Shown piece after piece: positions 26,606-34,921 of a stretch of 58,857 nt of DNA. Source of the DNA: a virus (Duplodnaviria; Caudoviricetes). The stretch is taken from the IMG/VR virus record IMGVR_UViG_3300033067_001904, positions 1 to 58,857 of that record, one strand, 5' to 3'. The notes below the pieces were generated by a model. That model did no database searches. It was not told the DNA's origin and saw nothing but the letters and a program-made list of their open reading frames with translations. The number at the start of each line of letters is the position of its first letter. The first letter of the stretch is position 1. Made by a program: the position numbers and the translations under genes.

Positions 26606-26964
26606 TGCCAATTCGCCGCGAGGACACCAGCCACATGCGTCTGCTCATGACCGCCTTGAACTCTGGACAAGAGATCGATGTGTTCACGGCAGCGAAGGTG
26701 GCCCACCTCTCGGAGAAGGAAGCGCGTCGCTACCTGTACTACCTGCACGGCAAGACCATGATCCACATCGACCACTGGAACCGGGGCAAGAACGGCCCGT
26801 ACTTCCCCGTGTTCGTGATCGGTGAGGGCGAGGATGCACCCCGCCCCCGCATGAGCAATGCGGAGAAAGCACGACGGTCACGCGATCGCAATCGGGTGCC
26901 AAAGCCCGATGTGCTGTTGCGAGCCTTCATGCGAAAGAACCCCACCAATGGCAGCGCTCACTGA
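26605..26964 (+). CDS. Winged-helix-like protein
   Basis: ARRYLYYLH....HI..W...PVF..G.G.DAPRP. Confidence 0.7.
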   Translation: MPIRREDTSHMRLLMTALNSGQEIDVFTAAKVAHLSEKEARRYLYYLHGKTMIHIDHWNRGKNGPYFPVFVIGEGEDAPRPRMSNAEKARRSRDRNRVPKPDVLLRAFMRKNPTNGSAH

Positions 26965-27232
26965 TCGCTGCACACGGTGCAACCGAAAGATCACGAACCC
27001 TGAGAGCGTGATCAACGGGATGGGGCCGGTCTGCTTCACAAAGCACATCGGCTCGGCCCAGCGATCGCTCTTTGATGACGAAGAAGAGGCAACGAAGCCC
27101 TTCCGAGAACTGCCCGGGGCCGTCCCCGATCAGATCGCTACGTTGGTGGGTCTGCTCAAGGAAGCAAGAGCAAAACTCACCGATGCCCGCCTATGCAAAC
27201 GCATCGACAAATTTTTCAGGACGGACAAATGA
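26948..27232 (+). CDS. Zn-ribbon protein (DUF6011-like)
   Basis: CTRCNRKITNPES...GMGPVC. Confidence 0.75.
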   Translation: MAALTDRCTRCNRKITNPESVINGMGPVCFTKHIGSAQRSLFDDEEEATKPFRELPGAVPDQIATLVGLLKEARAKLTDARLCKRIDKFFRTDK

Positions 27233-27381
27233 AAGACCTCTTAGAGATGATTGTGGCGTTCATCGGTATTTGCCTCACTGCCGTCACGGCGGTGGGCGTT
27301 TACATCGTGATCGTCGCCACCTTTGGGTTCGCGCTCGGCCTTGGCTGGCAGTTTGCCGTCCAACTTTGGAGCGCCACATGA
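27229..27381 (+). CDS. Small membrane protein
   Basis: Almost entirely hydrophobic, 50 aa. Confidence 0.65.
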   Translation: MKDLLEMIVAFIGICLTAVTAVGVYIVIVATFGFALGLGWQFAVQLWSAT

Positions 27382-27638
27382 ACCGAGTTACCAAGGACGG
27401 CATCACCACCAAGATCACCAAGGTGGCTTACCACCAGTTGCCCGAAACCACGCTCACCGTCTGCGTGATCACCGTGGAGAACGGCTTCACCGTGACCGGC
27501 GAATCGGCCTGTGCCGACCCGGCCAACTTCAACAAGGAGATCGGCGAATCGATCGCCTACGACAACGCCTTCGACAAGTTGTGGGCGCTCGAGGGCTACC
27601 TGTTGAAGCAGCGGATGCACGAACAAATGAATTTCTAA
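27378..27638 (+). CDS. Phage Gp49-family protein
   Basis: LTVC....NGFTVTGESAC.DP.NF..EIG..IA..NA..KLW.LEGY. Confidence 0.85.
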   Translation: MNRVTKDGITTKITKVAYHQLPETTLTVCVITVENGFTVTGESACADPANFNKEIGESIAYDNAFDKLWALEGYLLKQRMHEQMNF

Positions 27639-27653
27639 CCACAGGAGAAAACC

Positions 27654-28010
27654 ATGACCTACCAATCCCCGGCTGCGGCCACCGATGTGTCCGAGTTCAT
27701 CAGTGAACTCGATGGCGGCGTCTTCGAGCGCAAGTTGTCCATCGCCCTCTCTACCGTGGCCGCATCGGTCGTGGACAACGAGCGCATGGGCAAGGTGACG
27801 ATCGAGTTCAGCCTCACCAAGATTCCCGGCACCTCGCAAGTCCACTGCGGCCACACGCTGAAGTTCACCCGCCCCACGATGGACGGCGAGGCCAGCGAGA
27901 AAGAAAAGCGCAGCACCCCGATGCACGTTGGCAAGTTCGGCAAGTTGTCGATCACCCAAGAGAACCAGCTTCAGATGTTCGCCACCAAGGGCGAGAGCAC
28001 CGAAGCCTAA
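27654..28010 (+). CDS. YfdP-like protein
   Basis: TDV.EFI.ELDGGVF..KLS.ALS, TPMHVG..G.L; paired with DUF2303. Confidence 0.75.
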   Translation: MTYQSPAAATDVSEFISELDGGVFERKLSIALSTVAASVVDNERMGKVTIEFSLTKIPGTSQVHCGHTLKFTRPTMDGEASEKEKRSTPMHVGKFGKLSITQENQLQMFATKGESTEA

Positions 28011-28039
28011 GCACCACCAATCGATAGAAAGACACCACC

Positions 28040-28864
28040 ATGTTCGACAAAGAAGCGATTGATGCGCTGGCAGAAGGCGCATCTATTCAACAAGCCGATG
28101 AGGCAATCACGCACGCCTTGAACTCAGAAGGCGCGGCTGCGCTGCCCGAGCACTTCCGGCTTCACGACCTCGAGGCCTACATGCCCAAGCGCCGCCGTGC
28201 CCGGGGCACGATGGTGACCAGCGCCGTGGCTGATTTCGCGCAGTACGTGAAGACGCACGCCGAAGAAGGTGCCGCCGTGTTCGTTGACGCCGAAGCCATG
28301 ACGGCCAATGCGGTGCTGAATCTTGGCACGCCCACCACCCCGGGCCACGCCGACAACAAGGCCGTGCTCAAGGCTAAGATCACCGCCGCCTATGAGGCGC
28401 TCAAGGCTCACGCCAACGGTCGCGGCATCAGCCAAACCACCGTGGCCGAGTTCTTCGAGGATTGGGCTGGGCACCTGTTGTTCTTCAAGGACACGGAGAG
28501 CGTGACGCCCCCGAAGGCGATCGCGGCCATCCGCAAGATCACGATCGAGTCGATGCGTAAGCTGGAAAGCGAAGAGAAATCTCTGAGCGCAAGCCGCAGC
28601 ACCTTCGAGAACGTGCAGGCCACCAGCGCCGAGCCGATCCCCACCACGATCTACTTCAACTGCGTGCCGTATAGCGAGTTCGCCGAGCGCAGCTTCGTGT
28701 TGCGTCTGAGCGTGCTCACCAGCGGCGACAAGCCCTCGATCTGCCTGCGGATCGTGAAGCAGGAAGAGCACAACGAAGAGATGGCACGCGAGTTCGCAGA
28801 ACAGGCCGAAGCAAGCCTGAAGGGCGAGATTCCAGTGCTGCTCGGAGCCTACTCGGCACGATGA
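28040..28864 (+). CDS. DUF2303 (YfdQ-like) protein
   Basis: DLE.Y...R.R.RG, LNLGT...PGHADN, AEF.EDW, F.CVPY. Confidence 0.85.
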   Translation: MFDKEAIDALAEGASIQQADEAITHALNSEGAAALPEHFRLHDLEAYMPKRRRARGTMVTSAVADFAQYVKTHAEEGAAVFVDAEAMTANAVLNLGTPTTPGHADNKAVLKAKITAAYEALKAHANGRGISQTTVAEFFEDWAGHLLFFKDTESVTPPKAIAAIRKITIESMRKLESEEKSLSASRSTFENVQATSAEPIPTTIYFNCVPYSEFAERSFVLRLSVLTSGDKPSICLRIVKQEEHNEEMAREFAEQAEASLKGEIPVLLGAYSAR

Positions 28865-28968
28865 GATTTCGGGCCGAAAGCGGATGCTGGCCTCTGGGGG
28901 AACCCGGGGGAGCGCACCAGACGCAGCGAGTAGGCCCACCCAATACCAACACAACCGGAGAAGACACC

Positions 28969-29118
28969 ATGAAGAAAGCACTCATTGCCATTTGGCTTGC
29001 GGCCACCACATCGATGGTCTGGGCAAGCTGCGTCACGAACACCTACTTCGTGAACGGCAGAACCACGATCTGCACCACGTGCTGCTACGGCAGCAACTGC
29101 ACCACCACCTGCTCTTGA
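28969..29118 (+). CDS. Secreted Cys/Thr-rich peptide, 49 aa
   Basis: GGAG RBS; signal peptide MKKALIAIWLAATTSMVWA; mature part has 6 Cys. Confidence 0.8.
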   Translation: MKKALIAIWLAATTSMVWASCVTNTYFVNGRTTICTTCCYGSNCTTTCS

Positions 29119-29390
29119 TGTTCCGCAGCGAAGCCTTCCGTCGCCTTGTGTGCGAACTCCCATGCCAGCACTGCGGAACGGCAGGGCGCACTCAGCCCGC
29201 CCACCGCAATCGCGGCAAGGGCATGGGCATCAAGGTGTCGGATGCGCTTTGCGCGGCCTTGTGCGTCGAGTGCCACCGAGAACTCGATCAGGGCAAGGAC
29301 ATGACCCGGCAGGAGCGGCACGAAATGTGGGATCAGGCCTACATCCGCACCATGCAGACCCTCATTGAACAAGAAATGCTCAAACCATGA
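29118..29390 (+). CDS. DUF1364/DUF968-like Zn-binding putative nuclease
   Basis: LPCQHCG...AH...GKGMGIK.SD....LC..CH. Confidence 0.8.
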   Translation: MFRSEAFRRLVCELPCQHCGTAGRTQPAHRNRGKGMGIKVSDALCAALCVECHRELDQGKDMTRQERHEMWDQAYIRTMQTLIEQEMLKP

Positions 29391-29845
29391 CGACCAATTT
29401 CCAACGAACCGCCGCATGGCTCGCCGCCTGCGGCAAGAAGCCCAGCAAGGCAAACGTGTCCATCCAGATCGGGTGCGATTTTGAAGAGCAAGCGGAGCTT
29501 CTGGCCTGCATCGATCTCGATGACGGCGACATGGGCAACGTGAACGATCGCCTGCGCTTCATCGTGCGCGAACTGAATTCCTTGGGCCACCTGCTCAAGA
29601 AGGGCTTGATCACGGCCAGCATCCCGCAAGGCCTTCGAGCCGATGCAATCGATGCGATCTGCGACCGTGAGGTGACCGGCAACGGCATTGCATTCTTCGC
29701 ACACATGGACAAGGACGGCGCTGATCAGGCCGTACTTGCTTCGAACGAAGCGAAGCTGGTCAACGGCAAGCCCGTGATCCTCGAGGGCGGCAAGATCGGC
29801 AAGCCCGAGGGCTGGCAAGCGCCCGACCTCACCCCATTCGTCTGA
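29387..29845 (+). CDS. MazG-like NTP pyrophosphohydrolase
   Basis: EE..ELL, DAICD..VT, SN..K, GKI.KP.GW..PDL. Confidence 0.8.
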   Translation: MTTNFQRTAAWLAACGKKPSKANVSIQIGCDFEEQAELLACIDLDDGDMGNVNDRLRFIVRELNSLGHLLKKGLITASIPQGLRADAIDAICDREVTGNGIAFFAHMDKDGADQAVLASNEAKLVNGKPVILEGGKIGKPEGWQAPDLTPFV

Positions 29846-29871
29846 TTTCAACAACCCGCAAAGGAGAACCT

Positions 29872-30129
29872 ATGCAAAACCAATCGATCCCTCAGCCTCT
29901 CGTCTCGTTCAACAATCTCTCGATCGATGAGGCCAATGCGATCTTTGCCGCACTTGAGGAACTGCCATTCAAGCGTGTGGGTGGCCTGATCAACAAGCTG
30001 GTGCAGCAAGTGAACCAGCAACTGAATCCGGCTCCTGCGCCAGCCCCGGCCATCGATGGTGGCTCGGATGGTTCCTCTGAGTCTGCCTCGGACGCATCTA
30101 CGGCTCCCGGCCTGAGCGCTCCCGAGTAA
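29872..30129 (+). CDS. Hypothetical protein
   Basis: AAGGAG RBS; EANAI..AL.ELPF..V..LI.KL..Q. Confidence 0.75.
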   Translation: MQNQSIPQPLVSFNNLSIDEANAIFAALEELPFKRVGGLINKLVQQVNQQLNPAPAPAPAIDGGSDGSSESASDASTAPGLSAPE

Positions 30130-30130
30130 C

Positions 30131-30451
30131 GTGGAGCGCATCTCGGCCAAGGAAGCGGCCCTGCACATGGGCCTGTCGGTGAGAACCGTGCAGGCTATGT
30201 GCGACCGAGGCGAGATTCCCGGCGCGGTGCAGTTCGCCGCCCGGGGCAAGTGGGCTATCAGTAAAGCCCGTTTTCTGGATTGGATCGCACTTCGGGAGAA
30301 AGAGCGATGCAGCAAGACGGCATCTATTGGCGCAACGGCGTCGCCTACGGCAGGCTCTGGGTTACGGGCACCGGGGAAGTACGACGAAGCCTTCGCACAC
30401 GTGATCCGCAAAGGGCGCGTGCAGCCTTCGAGGAATTCAAGGCTGAAGTGA
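30131..30451 (+). CDS. xis: Excisionase-like HTH protein overlapping the integrase
   Basis: ISAKEAA..MGLS.RTV..MC.RGEIPGA. Confidence 0.75.
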   Translation: MERISAKEAALHMGLSVRTVQAMCDRGEIPGAVQFAARGKWAISKARFLDWIALREKERCSKTASIGATASPTAGSGLRAPGKYDEAFAHVIRKGRVQPSRNSRLK

Positions 30452-31410
30452 CGGGGGCACCGGTCGAGCATCCCACCTTCAAGCAAGCCGTGGTCAACTG
30501 GAACGAGGTGATCGCGCAGGCCAAGCCCGGGGAGGGCATCAAGGGCAGCACCCGCGACCGGTACCTCGGCTCGATCAGGATGCTCTCGGCCATGTTCGCC
30601 GACTATCGGCTGGCTGATATCGATACCCGGGCGATCGGCGAGTTCGTGAAAGCCCGCAGGAAGGGCACATTGGTCTTGGAAGGGGTGAAGGTACCCGCCA
30701 CCTCAAACGCCACCATACGGCGCGATCTGACCGCCCTGTCGCAGGTGTTCCGTGCGGCGGTTGCCTTCGGGGTGTGGCATGAGAACCCGGTGAAGGCATG
30801 GGATCGGGGCGTGATCCCCGAAACCCGCGCCCCGTTCTATGTGCCCACGGTGGCCGAGATCGAACTGGTCGCCAGCCATGCCAGCCCCAGCTTTGCGGGC
30901 CTGATCCGGTTCGCTGCCTACACGGGATGCAGGCAAGGGGAGGCCGTGGGCCTCACGTGGCGCGATGTGCGCCTCGAGCGGGGCGAGGTGCGCTTCTTCC
31001 ATACCAAGACCACCCGGCCCCGGGTTTGCGCCCTGAAGAACCCGGCAGGCGATGCCACGGCCACGCTTTCGGCCCAGCCCCGGCGCATCGGCCAGCCGCT
31101 TGTCTTCTGGCACGGGCTGGGGGAGGGCTTCACGGGGGCGGCAGGGCTTTGGGGGAAGCTGGCCCGTCAGGTTGTGGCCGAAGAGTGCGCGGCGGGCCGC
31201 ACGATGGCCTACTTCAGCTTCCACAAGCTGCGCCACGCCTTCGCAATCCGCTGGCTCGAGCAAGGCGGCGATATCTATGCGCTGTCCGGGCACCTTGGGC
31301 ACACATCGGTGAAGACCACCGAGATTTACCTCGACTACATCCGCAAGGGGTTCGGGGCGAACACCGAGTGGGATGAGGCCGAAAAGGCCGCAGAAGGCTC
31401 ATCCCGGTGA
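30307..31410 (+). CDS. int: Tyrosine integrase
   Basis: TGCRQGE (R), HKLRH (H..R), LGH and C-terminal Y. Confidence 0.95.
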   Translation: MQQDGIYWRNGVAYGRLWVTGTGEVRRSLRTRDPQRARAAFEEFKAEVTGAPVEHPTFKQAVVNWNEVIAQAKPGEGIKGSTRDRYLGSIRMLSAMFADYRLADIDTRAIGEFVKARRKGTLVLEGVKVPATSNATIRRDLTALSQVFRAAVAFGVWHENPVKAWDRGVIPETRAPFYVPTVAEIELVASHASPSFAGLIRFAAYTGCRQGEAVGLTWRDVRLERGEVRFFHTKTTRPRVCALKNPAGDATATLSAQPRRIGQPLVFWHGLGEGFTGAAGLWGKLARQVVAEECAAGRTMAYFSFHKLRHAFAIRWLEQGGDIYALSGHLGHTSVKTTEIYLDYIRKGFGANTEWDEAEKAAEGSSR

Positions 31411-31430
31411 GTGGGGTATCAGCCCCATGA

Positions 31431-31794
31431 CGGCACACACTCGCACAGTTTTGACCGGGCCAAAACCCCGGGCCGAAGGTAAGTTGTTGAACCCCAATGG
31501 GGTTTGGTGCTCAAGAAACCGTTGAACTACCCCGCCAACGGTCTTGAAATCCTTCCGGCAGTATCATCACCGTGAGAGTGCCCCGGTGGAGTGGCCGAGC
31601 GGTTTAAGGCAGCGCTCTTGAAAAGCGCCGAAGTTTCAACGACTTCCGTGGGTTCGAATCCCACCTCCACCGCCATCACCGAAAGCGCAATCTGCGTCGC
31701 GAGCGCATCATCACTCGCACAAACCCTCGCACAGAAGGCCCTGTCGGGGGTTTTTTCATGGGCATCCATACAGGCTCGCACACTGTGCGGCACA
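31431..31794. repeat. attP-like region with arm-type direct repeats flanking the tRNA
   Basis: CTCGCACA at 31440, 31714, 31726, 31775; CGGCACA at 31431, 31788. Confidence 0.65.
31585..31675 (+). tRNA. tRNA-Ser(TGA)
   Basis: Acceptor GGTGGAG/CTCCACC, G discriminator plus CCA; anticodon stem GCGCT/AGCGC with loop CTTGAAA; long variable arm; GGTTCGAATCC. Confidence 0.95.
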
Positions 31795-31816
31795 AAAGCG
31801 TGCTCAAGGGGTAGGC

Positions 31817-31855
31817 AAAAAGCGGCCCCCGGGCTGCTCGAGAGCGCGGGGGCCG
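31817..31855 (-). terminator. Terminator ending the late operon
   Basis: CGGCCCCCG...CGGGGGCCG followed by CTTTTT on minus. Confidence 0.75.
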
Positions 31856-31894
31856 AAGGCCGTCGTTCATGGCCGGAGACATGGCAATGGGTGA

Positions 31895-32431
31895 TCAGCT
31901 TGCGATCAGGCGATGCGCGAGAAGATCAACCGACTTGATCATATCGGCGATGCTGGTGGCGTTATTGATCAGCGCGTCCTCGGTGATCTTGCTCTGAGCG
32001 CGTTCGCTGCCGTGTTCCATCGTGGCAAGCCCCGGGCGGTACACGCGCCAGATTACGCCGCCCAGATCGCGCACGGCCTGCGCCTCGTTGGGGTAGCGCA
32101 GATCATCGGCCACGATCAAGCCATCGAGTCCCTGAGCGTTACGCTTCCATGCGGTCGCCCACACATCGGGGTGGATCATCCTTCGGCCCCACTCATGGCC
32201 GAGTGACTGCATCAAGTGGCGCGGCGTGGCCCCGCCAAGGGCCTCCAGCGGCTCCATCTTCGCGTTGCCATCGACCTGTTCATCGGTGAGGCCCAGCCCC
32301 ACCTTGAGCATGTTCTTGAGCGGGCCTGCGAAGCGCGTGCGCTGGAAGCCGTAAGCCTCCACAAGGTGCTTCGCAACAAGCGTCTTGCCACTACCGGCCA
32401 CGCCAAGGATGGCAACGATCTTCCGGGTCAT
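31895..32431 (-). CDS. Deoxynucleoside monophosphate kinase
   Basis: GVAGSGKT, FAGPLK, TPR.LMQ.LG.EWGR, DDLRYPNE. Confidence 0.9.
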   Translation of the reverse strand: MTRKIVAILGVAGSGKTLVAKHLVEAYGFQRTRFAGPLKNMLKVGLGLTDEQVDGNAKMEPLEALGGATPRHLMQSLGHEWGRRMIHPDVWATAWKRNAQGLDGLIVADDLRYPNEAQAVRDLGGVIWRVYRPGLATMEHGSERAQSKITEDALINNATSIADMIKSVDLLAHRLIAS

Positions 32432-32796
32432 GCTGCGCTCGGGGTAGTGCAGATTGGCGCGGCCATCGAAAGCGCACTCACGCCATCAGGAATCATTGAG
32501 GGATCGAGAATGTCCCCCGTGTCCTTATCGCGAAGCGCGTGAATGCAGTAAGCCACCGTTTCGTCCGTGAGTGCCTCGAGCGCATGAATCTTCTCTTTCT
32601 TGATGAAGATCATGTGAGGGGCGGTGAAGTCGGTTGAAACGCCATCCACCGTCACCTTCAGCCTACCTTTGGCGAGCAACGTGAGATGGTCAAACTGGTG
32701 GCTGTGACCGGCCTCGGTATCTCCCGCCTTCTTGAAGTGCATCATTCGAGAGAAGAGGTTCGACACGCAACCGATGTGGATGTTTGGCTCGTTCAT
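32428..32796 (-). CDS. Cupin-domain protein
   Basis: GHSHQFDHLTLL..G, FTAP....I.....H, YCIHA. Confidence 0.85.
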   Translation of the reverse strand: MNEPNIHIGCVSNLFSRMMHFKKAGDTEAGHSHQFDHLTLLAKGRLKVTVDGVSTDFTAPHMIFIKKEKIHALEALTDETVAYCIHALRDKDTGDILDPSMIPDGVSALSMAAPICTTPSAA

Positions 32797-32999
32797 AAGA
32801 TGGTCTTTTCTATCTCGCCCGCAGGCTTTTCAATGGAATCCCATTTGCCGAGTGGGCAGTTGGTGGAAGCGACATGGACTTTGGCGGCGATCAGGCATCC
32901 GCATTTGATGCAGACGCCCGCTAGGTTTGATCCGCACGGCTGGCACACGGCCTTTCGATGCTTGACCACCTCGCCAAAGATGACGTAACGCCACGCCAC
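32793..32999 (-). CDS. Cys-rich Zn-binding protein (DUF6171-like)
   Basis: R..VC..C...C.KCGC...AK......CPLGKW. Confidence 0.75.
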   Translation of the reverse strand: MAWRYVIFGEVVKHRKAVCQPCGSNLAGVCIKCGCLIAAKVHVASTNCPLGKWDSIEKPAGEIEKTIL

Positions 33000-33001
33000 G
33001 A

Positions 33002-33253
33002 TTACAGGATCGGGCTTGGTTGAGTTGGGTTTGAGGAAGAAAGCTGGCCGTCAACTTTCACCGAAGGCTGATAGCAATTTCTCTCCACGTTGAAGATTGA
33101 GATCACTCGATCTTCAGGGTAGTTATCCGCAGCGATCAGCGGCGTGTGCAATTCAAGCCGCGCTGCATCGTGCAGGCCTTCGTAGTTGGAGTCGTCGGTC
33201 ACGACGATCTCGTCGATCACGCCGGTTTCCTTGTTGCAGAAGAAGATTTTCAT
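33002..33253 (-). CDS. Hypothetical fibre-associated protein
   Basis: MKIFFCNK start 1 nt after the upstream stop. Confidence 0.65.
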   Translation of the reverse strand: MKIFFCNKETGVIDEIVVTDDSNYEGLHDAARLELHTPLIAADNYPEDRVISIFNVERNCYQPSVKVDGQLSSSNPTQPSPIL

Positions 33254-33254
33254 A

Positions 33255-33842
33255 TCAAATCCATGAGTTGAATGATGCACGCATGTGAGGCTGAAGTTGG
33301 TCAAGGTTACTGCCGTTCAAGACACCAGCGTAGAGCCAGAAGGAGACACTCGAGTTCGCGGGAATATCGCGAGTCACCGTTGTGGTTCTCAGTTGGTTGT
33401 TGCCAGCGATGTTGCCGGAATCAATGATCAACGTACCGCCCGAGTGTGTAGTGGAGTTCGCTTGAGAACCACCCGAATAGACGAGGTATTTGTACGTGTC
33501 GTCGGTGGTTGAGAAAACGCCACAGATGAGGTTAATCCTCATGGTGGAGTCGGTGATGTTTGTAACCGTCAGTACGTTCTGACCACCATACGTCCACGTG
33601 CAACCGTACTTATCGCAGGTAACGGCGGTGTAGTAAGTGCCATAAAGAGCGCCTCGACCGTTGTTCGGGATGCCTGATTGGTTGCTCCACACATATCGCT
33701 GCCCGGTGGAGGTAGTGTTCGGGTAATAGCCAGCACCCCCATTCAAACCGGTTCCGAGGTTTTCAACGATGACACGCATGGGGTCTTTGGTAAGTGGCTG
33801 GCCGTTACCAAAAACAATGCCGCCTTGAGTAAGCTGCGCCAT
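33255..33842 (-). CDS. Fibre-tip/receptor-binding-like protein
   Basis: MAQLTQGGIVFGNG N-terminus; Gly/Asn/Thr/Tyr-rich; follows the fibre. Confidence 0.65.
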   Translation of the reverse strand: MAQLTQGGIVFGNGQPLTKDPMRVIVENLGTGLNGGAGYYPNTTSTGQRYVWSNQSGIPNNGRGALYGTYYTAVTCDKYGCTWTYGGQNVLTVTNITDSTMRINLICGVFSTTDDTYKYLVYSGGSQANSTTHSGGTLIIDSGNIAGNNQLRTTTVTRDIPANSSVSFWLYAGVLNGSNLDQLQPHMRASFNSWI

Positions 33843-33843
33843 A

Positions 33844-34920
33844 TCAGGCTCCTTTCAATTCATTCAATTCGCGGCGCAGCGAGACCACCTCACGCGCCAA
33901 GGCAATCGATGCGGCAAGCGCTGCGTTGCCATAAGCCACCGAGAGCACGCCATCGGCGCTTTCATTGATGGCCCAAGGAAGGACGCCTTGCAGGCTCTGA
34001 GCGCTCACGCCGACCTGTGTAATGCGATTATCGATGCGGTCATACACGCCCATTTTCACGTTCGCCAATTCAGCGAGGAAGCTGTCGGGCAGATCGCGCC
34101 AATTCTCTTTCAGCCTTTCGTCCGAGTTCGCAGTGAGGTTCCCGGCTGCGGTGAAGTTTCCGGCAACATCCGTCGTCCAGCGGTTTTGGCTTGCCCCAAC
34201 ATCCCAAAGGCCAACAACGGAACTTGTGTTGTTGTAGAAGTAGACGCTGCAAGTGCTGTGCTGCAAGGCCAGCCGCTTTTCGCCTGCTATGCCGTTGCCG
34301 ACGTTCACGACGGTTGCCGATACCGTCAGATCATCTGTGAAGGTTTTCAGGCCACCGATCGACTGCGTGCCTGTTGTGTAAACGCCGTTGGTAACGGTGG
34401 CTGCGTTACCGCTGCACGCGCCTGCCGTTGTGGCCGTTGCGGCATTTCCCGTGATGCTGATCGACCACGTGCCTGTCGCATTTGCGCCCGTCACGCTTGG
34501 TGCGCCAATCGTGTTGTAGCTGATCGTGCGAGCGAAGTTGCCGTTCCACGTGCCCGATGTGGAGCCGGTGCCGTCGTTGTTAAACGTGAGCGCCTGCGGC
34601 GTCGTCGCTTGAATGGTGATGTTGCCGGAGCCATCGAAGGCAACGCCGTTGATCGTGCGTGCCGTGGCGAGCGTGGTCGCCGTTGCGGCGTTGCCCGAGA
34701 TCGCGATCGCGTAAAGGCTCGAGAGAGCGGCCCACGATGTGCCGTTGAACTTTTCCCACCGGTTGCTGGCGCTGTTCCATCGCGTCGCGTTGGTTGGTGT
34801 GTTGGTAACGGTTGTGACCGCAGGATCAAGGCCATACGCAAGATCATCGAGCCGTGCGTCGATGTACGCCAGAAAATTGGCGTAGGTATCAGTAAGCGCG
34901 GGTTGGTTCCAATTCGCCAT
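33844..34920 (-). CDS. Tail fibre with C-terminal intramolecular chaperone (peptidase S74)
   Basis: ATARTINGVAFDGS.NI and ITGNAATAT repeats; SDERLKEN...GVSAQ...LSVAYGN. Confidence 0.9.
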   Translation of the reverse strand: MANWNQPALTDTYANFLAYIDARLDDLAYGLDPAVTTVTNTPTNATRWNSASNRWEKFNGTSWAALSSLYAIAISGNAATATTLATARTINGVAFDGSGNITIQATTPQALTFNNDGTGSTSGTWNGNFARTISYNTIGAPSVTGANATGTWSISITGNAATATTAGACSGNAATVTNGVYTTGTQSIGGLKTFTDDLTVSATVVNVGNGIAGEKRLALQHSTCSVYFYNNTSSVVGLWDVGASQNRWTTDVAGNFTAAGNLTANSDERLKENWRDLPDSFLAELANVKMGVYDRIDNRITQVGVSAQSLQGVLPWAINESADGVLSVAYGNAALAASIALAREVVSLRRELNELKGA

Positions 34921-34921
34921 G

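Noticed and set aside
31585-31675. Selenocysteine or suppressor tRNA
   Set aside because: Anticodon TGA reads UCA (Ser); the 7-bp acceptor stem is ordinary; genes use standard stops with no sign of recoding
31431-31794. CRISPR array or prophage boundary (attL/attR)
   Set aside because: Repeats are only 7-8 bp and irregularly spaced; phage genes lie on both sides
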